Shown here: one piece after another, positions 1 through 8,903 of the stretch
Numbering within the stretch: position 1 is the first letter of the stretch
Layout of the letters: the number at the start of each line of letters is the position of its first letter
DNA from: Thermoplasmata archaeon
GTDB lineage: Archaea; Thermoplasmatota; Thermoplasmata; UBA10834
Direction of reading: 5' to 3'
Assembly (NCBI GenBank): GCA_025457815.1
Contig: JALOTQ010000002.1
Location: 1-59,259, forward strand
DNA: 59,259 bases
Position numbers and translations under genes: made by a program
The notes under the pieces: generated by a model
The model's input: the letters and a program-made list of their open reading frames with translations, nothing else
What the model was told of the DNA's origin: nothing
Database searches by the model: none

Positions 1-17
1 ACTATTAATATGATTCG

Positions 18-287
18 GTGAGCCCGTTGCGCCTTCTTGGTGTGATTCAGGACATTTCGCATGATGGCAAGCTCATCGTCAAGGCGCGCTTCCCGCCGAA
101 TCCTAGGGAGATAGTCAGAGACAACCTGAAGGCGGAGATCGGCAGGGTTGTGAAAGTGTTTGGTCCGGTGCGATCTCCATATGTGGCAATCGAACCGAGA
201 AGAGAACTGAAGACACTTGCTGTGCTCGGCAAGGAGGTCTACGTTCAGCAGGAGAGGGACGATGGCAAAGGTAAGAGAAGAGACTGA
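18..287 (+). CDS. gar1: H/ACA ribonucleoprotein component Gar1
   Basis: 89-aa ORF (GTG start) with the Gar1 core '[19 protein letters not shown]' and a basic KGKRRD tail. It lies directly upstream of tfb and overlaps it, a common archaeal arrangement. Confidence 0.8.
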   Translation: MSPLRLLGVIQDISHDGKLIVKARFPPNPREIVRDNLKAEIGRVVKVFGPVRSPYVAIEPRRELKTLAVLGKEVYVQQERDDGKGKRRD

Positions 288-1194
288 ACAGGTCGAAAGA
301 TGCCCCGAGTGCAACAGCTCTCACCTAGTGAGAGACTACGAACGCGGTGAACTTGTGTGCGAGGACTGCGGGATTGTCCTGGACGACCAGCTGATCGACC
401 AGGGTCCCGAGTGGAGGGCCTTCGACGTGGAGCAGGGGGAGAAGAGGGCGAGGACGGGCGCGCCTATGACCTACACCATCCACGACAAAGGCTTGTCGAC
501 CGAGATATCTTGGAAGAACAAGGACTCGTACGGGAAGAGCATCCCGACGAGGAACAGGGCCCAGCTGTACAGACTGAGGAAGTGGCAGCGCAGGATCAGG
601 GTTTCCAACGCGACCGAGAGGAACCTCGCGTTCGCGCTTAGCGAGCTCGACAGGATGGCCTCCTCGATGGGGCTGCCCAGGAACGTCAGGGAGACCGCGG
701 CCATGACGTACAGGAAGGCCGTGAACAAGAACCTGATCAGGGGCAGGAGCATCGAAGGCGTCGTTGCGGCATCGCTGTACGCAGCCTGCAGGCAGTGCAA
801 CGTCCCGAGGACGCTCGACGAGGTCGCGAACTCCTCAAGGGTCGGCAGGAAGGAGATCGGGAGGACCTACAGGTTCATGACGCGCGAGCTCAAGCTCAAG
901 CTGATGCCAACGAAGCCCCAGGACTACGTGTCCAGGTTCTGCTCCGAGCTGAAGCTTTCCGGAGAGGTCCAGGCCAAGGCGGCCGAGATACTGAAGGACG
1001 CCGCCAAGAAGGAGCTCACATCCGGTCGTGGGCCGACGGGTGTGGCTGCGGCCGCGATATACATCTCGTCAATCCTCTGCAACGAGCGGAGGACCCAGAG
1101 AGAGGTCGCGGACATAGCGGGCGTAACAGAGGTCACGATCAGGAACAGGTACAAGGAGCTCACGGAGAAGCTGGGCATCGAGGTCCAGCTCTGA
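262..1194 (+). CDS. tfb: Transcription initiation factor IIB (TFB)
   Basis: ATG at 262 inside track ORF 217..1194. N-terminal Zn ribbon CPECNSS...CEDCG is followed by two cyclin-like repeats ([34 protein letters not shown]). Confidence 0.95.
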   Translation: MAKVREETEQVERCPECNSSHLVRDYERGELVCEDCGIVLDDQLIDQGPEWRAFDVEQGEKRARTGAPMTYTIHDKGLSTEISWKNKDSYGKSIPTRNRAQLYRLRKWQRRIRVSNATERNLAFALSELDRMASSMGLPRNVRETAAMTYRKAVNKNLIRGRSIEGVVAASLYAACRQCNVPRTLDEVANSSRVGRKEIGRTYRFMTRELKLKLMPTKPQDYVSRFCSELKLSGEVQAKAAEILKDAAKKELTSGRGPTGVAAAAIYISSILCNERRTQREVADIAGVTEVTIRNRYKELTEKLGIEVQL

Positions 1195-1226
1195 GAAAGC
1201 CCTAACCTTCCAAACCCCTTAGCATC

Positions 1227-1721
1227 CTATCTTTTCAGCATCTGGGTCTTGGTGATGCTCGTGTACTCCGCCGGAGGGCCCATCGGCCTGTATTCACGGT
1301 CGGAGGATGTGGCGTTCATGCTCATCATGAACTGGAACATGAAGAAGAGGGCGGCAATTGGCATGTAGAATGCCTGCACCAGCAGGACGGAAGCCTCGGC
1401 CGACCAGAATCCAATGCTGAACATGGCCAGGGCGAGGGCTGGCGGAATGGCGAACACGACGAGCCACTCGCGGGCGTGCTCCAGAAGACGGGGGCTGGCT
1501 GGATTCCGCCAGGAGAAGAACAGCCCTGCGGCAATCAGGGTGAAGATGGTCACGGGAATCACATAGTCCCACGCGGCCCGCGAATCCATCCCGAGGACGT
1601 AGTGGAGGAATCCGTATACACTCCCGAGCACTAGCAGAGTGGCTGGCGGCGTGAGGAAGAACGCAAACAGCGCATCCGCCCATGTGATCTCCTGAGTACC
1701 GATTCGGTTCACTGTGACCAC
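1227..1721 (-). CDS. Hypothetical polytopic membrane protein
   Basis: 164-aa ORF with several hydrophobic segments and GC3-rich codon usage like its neighbours. No family recognised. Confidence 0.5.
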   Translation of the reverse strand: MVTVNRIGTQEITWADALFAFFLTPPATLLVLGSVYGFLHYVLGMDSRAAWDYVIPVTIFTLIAAGLFFSWRNPASPRLLEHAREWLVVFAIPPALALAMFSIGFWSAEASVLLVQAFYMPIAALFFMFQFMMSMNATSSDREYRPMGPPAEYTSITKTQMLKR

Positions 1722-1862
1722 CCGACGAGTGTATCTATGCAGGCCGCGCTAGATAATCGTTGGCACGGAGTGCCCCAGCCGCTTCGGGGAATGGGGTGAT
1801 GCGTCAGCGTAGAGGGCGCAAATTCTTATGACAGAAGTCCTTTCCATTCGCTGGGGAAGGCC

Positions 1863-2873
1863 TTGACCAAGATTGGCATCAATGGTTTTGGAAGGATTGG
1901 GAGGAACGTCTACCGCGCGGCCCTCGAGAGCAAGGGCATGGGCAAGGAGTTCGAGGTTGTCGCGGTCAACGACATCGCACCAATCGACTCGCTCGCGTAC
2001 ATGCTGAAGTACGATTCCGTTTACAGGAAGCTGGACGAGGAAGTGAAGGTCGAGGGGAATGCAGTCCGAGTGGGCGGCCACAGATTCGAAGTGACTCAGG
2101 TGAAGGACCCGGCCGAGATACCCTGGAAGAACCTCGGGGTGGAGGTCGTCATCGAGTCGACCGGGCTTTTCACTGAGAAGGACAAGGCCGGAAAGCACCT
2201 TGACGCTGGTGCGCGAAAGGTCCTCATATCGGCTCCCGGCAAGGAGCCGGACATCACGGTCGTGCTCGGGGTGAACTTCGACAAGTACGACAAGACGAAG
2301 CACAACATCATCTCGATGGCGTCGTGCACGACGGGCAGCCTCGCCCCGCCCGCCAAGGTGCTCAACGACAAGTTCGACATAGAGAAGGGCATGATGACCA
2401 CCATCCATGCCTACACCGGCGACCAGAGGCTGGTCGACTTGCCGCACAAGGATTTCAGACGAGGCAGGGCGGCGGCGCTCTCTATCATCCCGACCTCGAC
2501 TGGGGCGGCCAAGGCGATAGGAGAGGTGGTGCCTGCCCTCAAGGGCAGGATGAACGGCTTCGCGCTCAGGGTCCCCACGCCTGTTGGATCCGTCACCGAC
2601 CTGACGATCACCACCGCGTCGGAGATGACCGCTGAGGAGGTCAACAAGGCCCTGAAGGAGGCCGCGGACGGACCGATGAAGGGTATTATGGAGTACTGCA
2701 CTGACCCCATTGTCTCCGCGGACGTGATAGGCAACTCGCACTCGGCCATCATCGACTCCTTGTCCACGATGGTCATCGGCGGCAAGGGCAACCTCGGGAA
2801 GATAGTCTCCTGGTACGACAACGAGTGGGGTTACGCGAACAGGCTCGTGGAACTCGCCCCTAAGCTGCTCTGA
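1863..2873 (+). CDS. gap: Glyceraldehyde-3-phosphate dehydrogenase, class I (bacterial/eukaryotic type)
   Basis: TTG start. Motifs seen: 'KIGINGFGRIGRN' Rossmann motif, catalytic 'ASCTTGSLAPPAKV', 'STGAAKAIGEVVPALKGRMNGFALRVPTP', and C-terminal 'WYDNEWGYANR'. Confidence 0.93.
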   Translation: MTKIGINGFGRIGRNVYRAALESKGMGKEFEVVAVNDIAPIDSLAYMLKYDSVYRKLDEEVKVEGNAVRVGGHRFEVTQVKDPAEIPWKNLGVEVVIESTGLFTEKDKAGKHLDAGARKVLISAPGKEPDITVVLGVNFDKYDKTKHNIISMASCTTGSLAPPAKVLNDKFDIEKGMMTTIHAYTGDQRLVDLPHKDFRRGRAAALSIIPTSTGAAKAIGEVVPALKGRMNGFALRVPTPVGSVTDLTITTASEMTAEEVNKALKEAADGPMKGIMEYCTDPIVSADVIGNSHSAIIDSLSTMVIGGKGNLGKIVSWYDNEWGYANRLVELAPKLL

Positions 2874-2897
2874 CCAGGCGGAGGGCCGACAGTAGTC

Positions 2898-2904
2898 ATT
2901 AATA
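2898..2904 (+). promoter_or_regulatory. TATA-like box (ATTAATA) about 27 nt upstream of the ATG at 2929
   Basis: AT-rich heptamer in otherwise GC-rich DNA. The spacing fits a leaderless archaeal transcript. Confidence 0.35.
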
Positions 2905-2928
2905 GCAGAGCAGCGCTTGATTCAGCCA

Positions 2929-3090
2929 ATGGTTTCCTGCTACGACTGCGAGCACTTCGGGATCAAATGCGTAGGCGTCGTCCCGCCGATCGAGTTCAGG
3001 GACAGGATCGACGAGTACTGCAGCCTGTTCATGATGGTTTCGTGGAGGGACGAGATGTACAAGCCAGCAGGAACAGCCAGGATGAGCTAA
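2929..3090 (+). CDS. Small Cys-containing protein (53 aa), not in the ORF track
   Basis: My translation is MVSCYDCEHFGIKCVGVVPPIEFRDRIDEYCSLFMMVSWRDEMYKPAGTARMS. GC3-rich codons (GAC, GAG, TTC, ATC, AGG) match neighbouring genes. It fills the gap-endA intergenic space and has a TATA-like box at about -27. Confidence 0.35.
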   Translation: MVSCYDCEHFGIKCVGVVPPIEFRDRIDEYCSLFMMVSWRDEMYKPAGTARMS

Positions 3091-4142
3091 GGCCTGTACC
3101 TGCTCAGGCTCACGTACTCCACTTCCTTGCCCGATACGCGTCCCAGCAGTATCTCCTTCTTCACCCCATGTGCCAACCTGACGGCCCTGCTCACCTCAGG
3201 CCACATGGCCGTGTAATCCTTCGGGACAGCATGCACGAGATAGCGGGCGTGCTGCTTGCCCGGGTCCCCCTCGTACGCCCTGAAGTGAGAGCCGTACTTG
3301 AACCCGGTCTTGACTATCAGGCCCTTCGCCTTCATGTCCTTGAATGCGTCGAGGCGGAGGTCGAAGTCCGGCTGGACCTCGCGCGCACGCTTCTTCAAGG
3401 AGGCCAGTGTCACGGGACGGCCCGTCTTCGCGTCGCTGAGCTTCAGAGCCCCGAGCTCCACGAGGAAAGCCGCCTCGATCAACGATAGCTGCAGCGTCTG
3501 CCCGATTATCTTTCCGAAGTTGTGGTCCCCATGAAGGGCCGTTGCACCTTCGGGCTCCGATATCAAGACCCTGTCCGCCATTATCATCCCGTTCAGGACC
3601 CTGCTCAGGTCGACCGCTCCGAGGCGCCCCTTCGGAGCTGCGCGTCTGACCTCGTAGTAGGTCACGTCGCTCTCCTCGTCGACCACGGCCAGCAGGAGCT
3701 TCTTCCTCACGTCCGTGGTCCTGTCGAGATTCTCCAGGAGAGTGCCGAGATCGAAGGCCGAGCGCTCGGATATGGCCGCGACCCACCACTTGCTGGGCGT
3801 CTTGTTGGGCGAGCCGCCTCTTGGGAACACCCTGAAGTCGAGCGGGGGCTGGCCCAGCTTCACGAGGTAGCCCCTCTGGCGCAGCTCACGGTATACGAGG
3901 TACCGGATCTCGAAGCCCTCGGAGACTTTGTGCGCCAGCCTCAGAAGCTCGGCCGCGGTCCACTTCTTTCCGTCGCCCTCGACCTCGAGCCTGCTCGACT
4001 CGACGAGGTATGTCGCCTCCATGATGTCGAGCTTGAGGCTGCCGCCTGACTGCGGGACGCCGTAGTATCCCTTGTTGTGAATCTGACTTGCCTCCGCCTG
4101 GTCCTCGACGACCACGACGGTGCCCTGCAGGACGCCTGCCAT
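3087..4142 (-). CDS. endA: tRNA-splicing (intron) endonuclease, tandem-repeat long form
   Basis: 351 aa. The N-terminal repeat is 'QIHNKGYYGVP...LDIMEATYLVESSRLEV'. The C-terminal catalytic repeat is 'KTGFKYGSHFRAYEGDPGKQHARYLVHAV'. Confidence 0.9.
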   Translation of the reverse strand: MAGVLQGTVVVVEDQAEASQIHNKGYYGVPQSGGSLKLDIMEATYLVESSRLEVEGDGKKWTAAELLRLAHKVSEGFEIRYLVYRELRQRGYLVKLGQPPLDFRVFPRGGSPNKTPSKWWVAAISERSAFDLGTLLENLDRTTDVRKKLLLAVVDEESDVTYYEVRRAAPKGRLGAVDLSRVLNGMIMADRVLISEPEGATALHGDHNFGKIIGQTLQLSLIEAAFLVELGALKLSDAKTGRPVTLASLKKRAREVQPDFDLRLDAFKDMKAKGLIVKTGFKYGSHFRAYEGDPGKQHARYLVHAVPKDYTAMWPEVSRAVRLAHGVKKEILLGRVSGKEVEYVSLSRYRP

Positions 4143-4360
4143 GCGACGAGAGTATGCGCTAGAAGCGGGCGGGGGATTCCACCGACATACAAAAATACCT
4201 TCGTGCGAATGAAAATCTCGGAGGGAGGCGGGGAGATCCGGTTGGTAATGCTAGGGTTCCTCCCACTCAAGGGGGATAACTGTCGCCTCGGCTCCCTCCA
4301 CCCTTCTTGGAGAGTACGCTGGCCACATCGTTTCGCACCTCACTTCCTTCTGCACAACCA

Positions 4361-4367
4361 TTATATA
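4361..4367 (+). promoter_or_regulatory. TATA box (TTATATA) of the hsp20 promoter
   Basis: The only strong AT-rich box between endA and hsp20. It predicts a TSS near 4391, upstream of GGAG (4413-4416) and the GTG at 4424. Confidence 0.4.
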
Positions 4368-4423
4368 GAAGCGCTAACATAATCTTCTTTCCGAGGTCCC
4401 AAGACCTCTTCCGGAGATTGGAG

Positions 4424-4936
4424 GTGGTTAACACGATACGAAGGAAGGACAAGAGAGCAGAGCTCGTGCCAAAAGACTACTGGGGCCCAACACTGCTGGA
4501 CCCCATGTCCGTGATGGACGACATGGACAGGCTGTTCGACAACTTCAGGCGGGACTGGGAGGGGGCGTTCCTGCTTCCCCGCAGCTTCACGACCGAGATG
4601 GTAAGGCAGCCTCTGATCGACCTTGCGGACAACGGCAAGGAATACCTGGTCAAAGCCGAGGTCCCGGGGCTCACCAAGGACGACCTCAAGATAGAGATCA
4701 CTGACAGCAGCATCGAGATCTCAGGTGAGACGAAGTTGGAGGAGAGCGAGGAGGACAAGAAGAAGGGGTACATCCGCAGGGAGCGGAGATACGCGAGTTT
4801 CTACAGGTCGCTCCCGCTGCCCGAGAACGTCCTCACGGACAAGGCGGACGCCGAGCTCAAGGATGGCATCCTCACTGTGAAGCTGCCGAAGGCCGCTCCG
4901 CCCGAGAGGAAGGCCAAGAAGGTCCCGGTGAAGTGA
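4424..4936 (+). CDS. hsp20: Small heat-shock protein, Hsp20/alpha-crystallin family
   Basis: Alpha-crystallin domain 'DLADNGKEYLVKAEVPGLTKDDLKIEI...AELKDGILTVKLPK'. The start is uncertain: GTG 4424 with GGAG upstream, or ATG 4505. The track start at 4307 lies upstream of the TATA box and is unlikely. Confidence 0.85.
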   Translation: MVNTIRRKDKRAELVPKDYWGPTLLDPMSVMDDMDRLFDNFRRDWEGAFLLPRSFTTEMVRQPLIDLADNGKEYLVKAEVPGLTKDDLKIEITDSSIEISGETKLEESEEDKKKGYIRRERRYASFYRSLPLPENVLTDKADAELKDGILTVKLPKAAPPERKAKKVPVK

Positions 4937-5018
4937 GCAAGGGTTCTGCCGGGGCCCACGAAACCTATTCCACAACGGTTTCCGGTTCGATTCATTTCAA
5001 CATCATCAGGTGATTAGA

Positions 5019-7202
5019 ATGGTTTCCAAGAAGGAGAAGATACTTCGCGTAGTCCAGGCGAAGTCCTCTGACGACGGGAAAGGCGTCGCGAGGGTTGACC
5101 CTGCCCTCATGAAGATACTCGAGCTGAGCCAGGGGGACACTGTCGTGATCGAAGGCTCGAGGAACACTGTCGCGACGGTGTTCAACGGATACCCCGAAGA
5201 CGAGAACAGGGGCACGATTCGCATCGACGGCTCGACGAGGAAGAACGCCGGTGTCGGCCTTGACGAGAAGGTCGGGATCAGGAAGATAGTCCCCAAGCCC
5301 GCAACCAAGGCGACCCTGGCTCCGACCCAGCCGCTGAAGATAGTCGGAGGTGCGGAGTACCTCTCTCAGGTCCTGGAGGGAAGGCCCATCGTGAAGGGAG
5401 ACCTCGTGGAGGTCTCCATCATGGGACGCAAGTTCGACCTCGTGGTCCAGAGCTTCCAGCCAGCCTCCGAGGCGGGAATCATACAGAGCTTCACCGAGGT
5501 CAAGCTCAGCGAGAAACCCGCGAAGCAGGAGGTGGCCAAGGGGCCGAAGGTCGCATACGAGGACATAGGTGGCCTGAAGGACGAGGTGGACAAGGTCAGG
5601 GAGATGATCGAGCTGCCTCTGAGACACCCTGAGCTCTTCGAGAAGCTCGGGGTCGAGGCCCCAAAAGGCGTTCTCCTGCACGGTCCTCCAGGGACCGGGA
5701 AGACCCTGCTGGCCAAGGCTGTCGCGTCTGAGACCAGCGCGAACTTCACGTCCATCGGCGGTCCTGAGATAATGAGCAAGTTCTATGGAGAGAGCGAGGA
5801 GCGCCTCAGGGACATCTTCAAGGAGGCCGCGGAGAACGCTCCCAGCATCATATTCATCGATGAGATAGACTCGATCGCCCCCAAGAGGGACGAGGTCACG
5901 GCCGAGACTGAGCGCAGGATAGTGGCGCAGCTGCTGGCGCTCATGGACGGCCTCGAGGGCAGAGGGAAGGTCGTGGTCATAGGCGCCACGAACAGGCCGA
6001 ACGCGCTGGACCCGGCGATAAGGAGGCCGGGGAGGTTCGACAGGGAGATAGAGATCGGCATACCCGACAAGGACGGAAGGCTGGAGATACTCCAGATACA
6101 CACCCGCGGCATGCCCTTGGCGGACGATGTCGACCTCGTATCGCTGGCCAACATGACTCATGGCTATGTCGGAGCGGACCTGGCAGCACTGTCGAGGGAA
6201 GCTGCGATGAGAGCGCTCAGGAAGATACTTCCGACCATCGATCTCGAGGCGGACGTAATCCCGATCGATGTGCTCAACAGCCTCAGGGTCGGCATGAACG
6301 ATTTCACGGACGCATACCGCGAGATGCAGCCGTCGACCTTGAGGGAGGTCCTGATAGACACCCCCAACGTCAAGTGGGAGGACATAGGAGGGCTCGAGGA
6401 GCCCAAGCAGGAGCTCATGGAGTCTGTCGAGTGGCCTCTCAGATACGGCCCGCTCTACAGGCACATGAACGCCACTCCGCCGAAGGGCATCCTCCTGTAC
6501 GGTCCACCGGGAACTGGCAAGACCCTCCTCGCGAAGGCGGTCGCGACCGAGAGCCAGGCGAATTTCATCAGCATCAAGGGCCCTGAGTTCCTGTCCAAGT
6601 GGGTCGGTGAGAGCGAGAAGGCCGTCCGGGAGACCTTCAGAAAGGCGCGTCAGGCGGCCCCGTGCGTCGTCTTCCTGGACGAGATAGACGCCGTCGCTCC
6701 CGTGAGGGGGACTTCATCCGATTCGGGCGTGACGGAGCGCGTCATCAGCCAGCTGCTCACCGAGATGGACGGGCTCGAAGTGCTCCACAACGTCATAGTG
6801 ATCGCCGCCACCAACAGGCCCGACATCATAGACACGGCCCTGCTGAGGCCGGGCAGGTTCGACCGCTTGGTCTACATCGCCCCGCCCGACCTCGAGGCGC
6901 GCAAGGAGATACTCAAGATACACACGAAGGGCAAGCCCCTCGACAAGGACGTCGACCTGAACAAGCTGGCCGGCAAGATGCACAACTACACCGGTGCCGA
7001 GATCGCCGCCGTGTGCAACGAGGCCGTGATGCTCTCGATCAGGGACTATGTCCTCGAAGGCGGAGAGATGGACGAGGAGAAGATCAGGGAGCGCAAGGTG
7101 GGCATGAAGTACTTCGAGAAGGCCATGGAGAACGTGGAGCCCATGAGCGAGAGCGAGCTGAAGAGGTACGAGAAGCTCGCGCCGAACTCCATGTATCGGT
7201 AA
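5019..7202 (+). CDS. cdc48: CDC48/VCP-like AAA+ ATPase
   Basis: N-terminal double-psi barrel domain '[38 protein letters not shown]', then two AAA modules each with [15 protein letters not shown] and DEID Walker B. ATG 5019 is preceded by GGTGA. Confidence 0.95.
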   Translation: MVSKKEKILRVVQAKSSDDGKGVARVDPALMKILELSQGDTVVIEGSRNTVATVFNGYPEDENRGTIRIDGSTRKNAGVGLDEKVGIRKIVPKPATKATLAPTQPLKIVGGAEYLSQVLEGRPIVKGDLVEVSIMGRKFDLVVQSFQPASEAGIIQSFTEVKLSEKPAKQEVAKGPKVAYEDIGGLKDEVDKVREMIELPLRHPELFEKLGVEAPKGVLLHGPPGTGKTLLAKAVASETSANFTSIGGPEIMSKFYGESEERLRDIFKEAAENAPSIIFIDEIDSIAPKRDEVTAETERRIVAQLLALMDGLEGRGKVVVIGATNRPNALDPAIRRPGRFDREIEIGIPDKDGRLEILQIHTRGMPLADDVDLVSLANMTHGYVGADLAALSREAAMRALRKILPTIDLEADVIPIDVLNSLRVGMNDFTDAYREMQPSTLREVLIDTPNVKWEDIGGLEEPKQELMESVEWPLRYGPLYRHMNATPPKGILLYGPPGTGKTLLAKAVATESQANFISIKGPEFLSKWVGESEKAVRETFRKARQAAPCVVFLDEIDAVAPVRGTSSDSGVTERVISQLLTEMDGLEVLHNVIVIAATNRPDIIDTALLRPGRFDRLVYIAPPDLEARKEILKIHTKGKPLDKDVDLNKLAGKMHNYTGAEIAAVCNEAVMLSIRDYVLEGGEMDEEKIRERKVGMKYFEKAMENVEPMSESELKRYEKLAPNSMYR

Positions 7203-7266
7203 CGGCCCTCGAGTGCAAGTATGATTACGCTGGATTCGTATAACCGGAAGGAGAAATGACACCTGG

Positions 7267-8226
7267 ATGGCGCAGAAGAGGGAAGATCTCGTAGCCCAGA
7301 TCAGGAGCACGCTCGCGAAGACGGGCTGGTTCGTGTCAGACCCGCACAACATACGGAGCATAAGCTTTGACATCATCGCGCGGAGGGACAAGGAGCTCCT
7401 GATCATCAAGGCGCTGACCAACATAGACTCGCTGTCCATCGACGACGCCGAGCAGCTGCGTGTGCTCGCTACCGCCCTGCGCGCCAGCCCCATGGTCATC
7501 GGCCTGCACTCTGGCTCCGGGAAGCTGGAGGACGGCATCCTCTACTCGAGGTTCGGCATCCCGATCATCTCAGACGCGACCTTCCGCGAACACATGGTGG
7601 ACGGCGTCCCGCCGTTCGTCTACGCAGCCCCCGGAGGCCTCTATGTCCGTCTTGACGGCGAGCTCATGAGAAGGATCCGCCAGGACAGGAACATCTCGCT
7701 GGGGGCGCTGGCGGAGGTCGCTGGGGTCTCCAGGAAGGCCATACAGATGTACGAGAGCGGCATGGGCGCCATGGTGGAGATCGCCGCGAAGATCGAGGAG
7801 TTCCTGAACGAGCCCATCGTCGTCCCGCTCAACCCGTTCTCCTATTCCCCTGAGATGGCCAGGGCCCTGAGGGCGTTCGACGACTTCTCTGGCCTCAACA
7901 GGGACGTCTTCCAGATGCTGAAGGAGATAGGATACTCCGTCGTGCCCACGATCCGATGCCCGTTCGACGCGCTCGCCAGCGAGGACGAGGTCCTCCTTCT
8001 CACCGGAGTTGAGCAGAACCCCAACATGACCGAGAGGAAGGCCAGGGTGGTCGGGAACATATCGAGGGTGACCGAGAAGAAGTCCGTCATATTCGTCAGG
8101 GAGACCACGTCCGTCAAATCAATAGAGGGCACTCCGCTCATCACGCAGGACGAGCTGAGGCGCGCGGATGACGTCGACGACGTGCTCGAGCTGATACTGC
8201 AGAGGGAGAAGAGGAAGAAAGCATGA
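7267..8226 (+). CDS. Archaeal putative HTH-type (Cro/C1-like) transcriptional regulator, COG1395-like
   Basis: 319 aa with a central XRE-type HTH 'ISLGALAEVAGVSRKAIQMYESG'. The N-terminal domain 'FDIIARRDKELLIIKALTNID' is typical of this archaeal family. Confidence 0.75.
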   Translation: MAQKREDLVAQIRSTLAKTGWFVSDPHNIRSISFDIIARRDKELLIIKALTNIDSLSIDDAEQLRVLATALRASPMVIGLHSGSGKLEDGILYSRFGIPIISDATFREHMVDGVPPFVYAAPGGLYVRLDGELMRRIRQDRNISLGALAEVAGVSRKAIQMYESGMGAMVEIAAKIEEFLNEPIVVPLNPFSYSPEMARALRAFDDFSGLNRDVFQMLKEIGYSVVPTIRCPFDALASEDEVLLLTGVEQNPNMTERKARVVGNISRVTEKKSVIFVRETTSVKSIEGTPLITQDELRRADDVDDVLELILQREKRKKA

Positions 8227-8864
8227 CCTCCGACCCGGTAGTTCTCGACGGCTGTTCTGTCCAGATCCTTGGAGTGATCAAAGGCCTAGCCTCCGAGGCC
8301 GGGAAGGTCCAGAAGGCCTTCGAAGAATTCAAGCCCGACAAGGTGGCCGTCTCCCTCTCCAAGGAGAACATCGACGGCCTCAGGGACATGCCCGACGATT
8401 TCGAACCGCTCCTCACCGATTACGAGGAGTACTACGCGAAGGGGCTGGAGAGGTTCGGAGAGGTGAGGGCGCCTCCACCGTGCTATGTAGCAGTCGTGGA
8501 GATGGCAGACCATCTCAAGATCCCGCTGGCCGCGGCAGACTTCGACGAGGACGAGTACACGGCGCTCTACTGCGCCGCGGTCTCGGGCGCTAACCTGTTC
8601 AGACACACGATGAGGAAATGGATCGTGAGGCGCAGGAAGTTCAGCACCAAGAGCGCCGAGGACTTCGTCAAGGCCTGGGACAGGTCCATCAACGGCCTGG
8701 AGGGATTCAGGATAATAGAGCAGAGACGGGCGGAGCATATGGCGAAGGAGATCCTCCGAGAATGCAAGGTATCGAAACGCCTCCTGGCCGTCATAGAGCT
8801 GGAAAGGGCGGAGGATGTCGTGAAGCTGCTCCGATCTAAGGCGCGACCTCCCGCAGAAGGATAG
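8223..8864 (+). CDS. Conserved hypothetical, possibly divergent TraB/PrgY-like
   Basis: ATGA overlap with the upstream regulator gene. The layout 'ILGVIKGLASEAGKV...PDKVAVSLSKENIDGL ... RRAEHMAKEIL' resembles the TraB family, but the GTAH-type motif is not conserved. Confidence 0.4.
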   Translation: MTSDPVVLDGCSVQILGVIKGLASEAGKVQKAFEEFKPDKVAVSLSKENIDGLRDMPDDFEPLLTDYEEYYAKGLERFGEVRAPPPCYVAVVEMADHLKIPLAAADFDEDEYTALYCAAVSGANLFRHTMRKWIVRRRKFSTKSAEDFVKAWDRSINGLEGFRIIEQRRAEHMAKEILRECKVSKRLLAVIELERAEDVVKLLRSKARPPAEG

Positions 8865-8903
8865 AAAAACAGATGATGGGAAGGGGTTTGAAAGCCTCTA
8901 CTA

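Noticed and set aside
217-261. N-terminal extensions in the track ORFs: tfb 217, hsp20 4307, cobO 14396, V4R 15940, TIM barrel 19531, polB 19543, atpD 23496, atpI 30756, dCMP deaminase 31658, cdc6 38503, pfdA 46832, htpX 55825 and others.
   Set aside because: The extensions overlap upstream genes or TATA boxes, are Arg/Ser/Gly-rich, and are absent from the family N-termini I know. Internal ATG/GTG codons with an RBS or a TATA box at -27 fit better.
4992-6464. 490-aa minus-strand ORF antisense to cdc48. Similar long antisense ORFs occur at 1749-2741, 6714-7538, 20293-20889, 21576-22484, 32761-33618, 34745-35539, 36400-37122, 42685-44148, 54522-55568 and 56878-58131.
   Set aside because: Each lies opposite a gene with unmistakable family motifs. 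Their translations are Arg/Gly/Pro/His-rich and low in complexity, as expected for stop-poor shadow frames in GC-rich DNA. None carries a recognisable motif.
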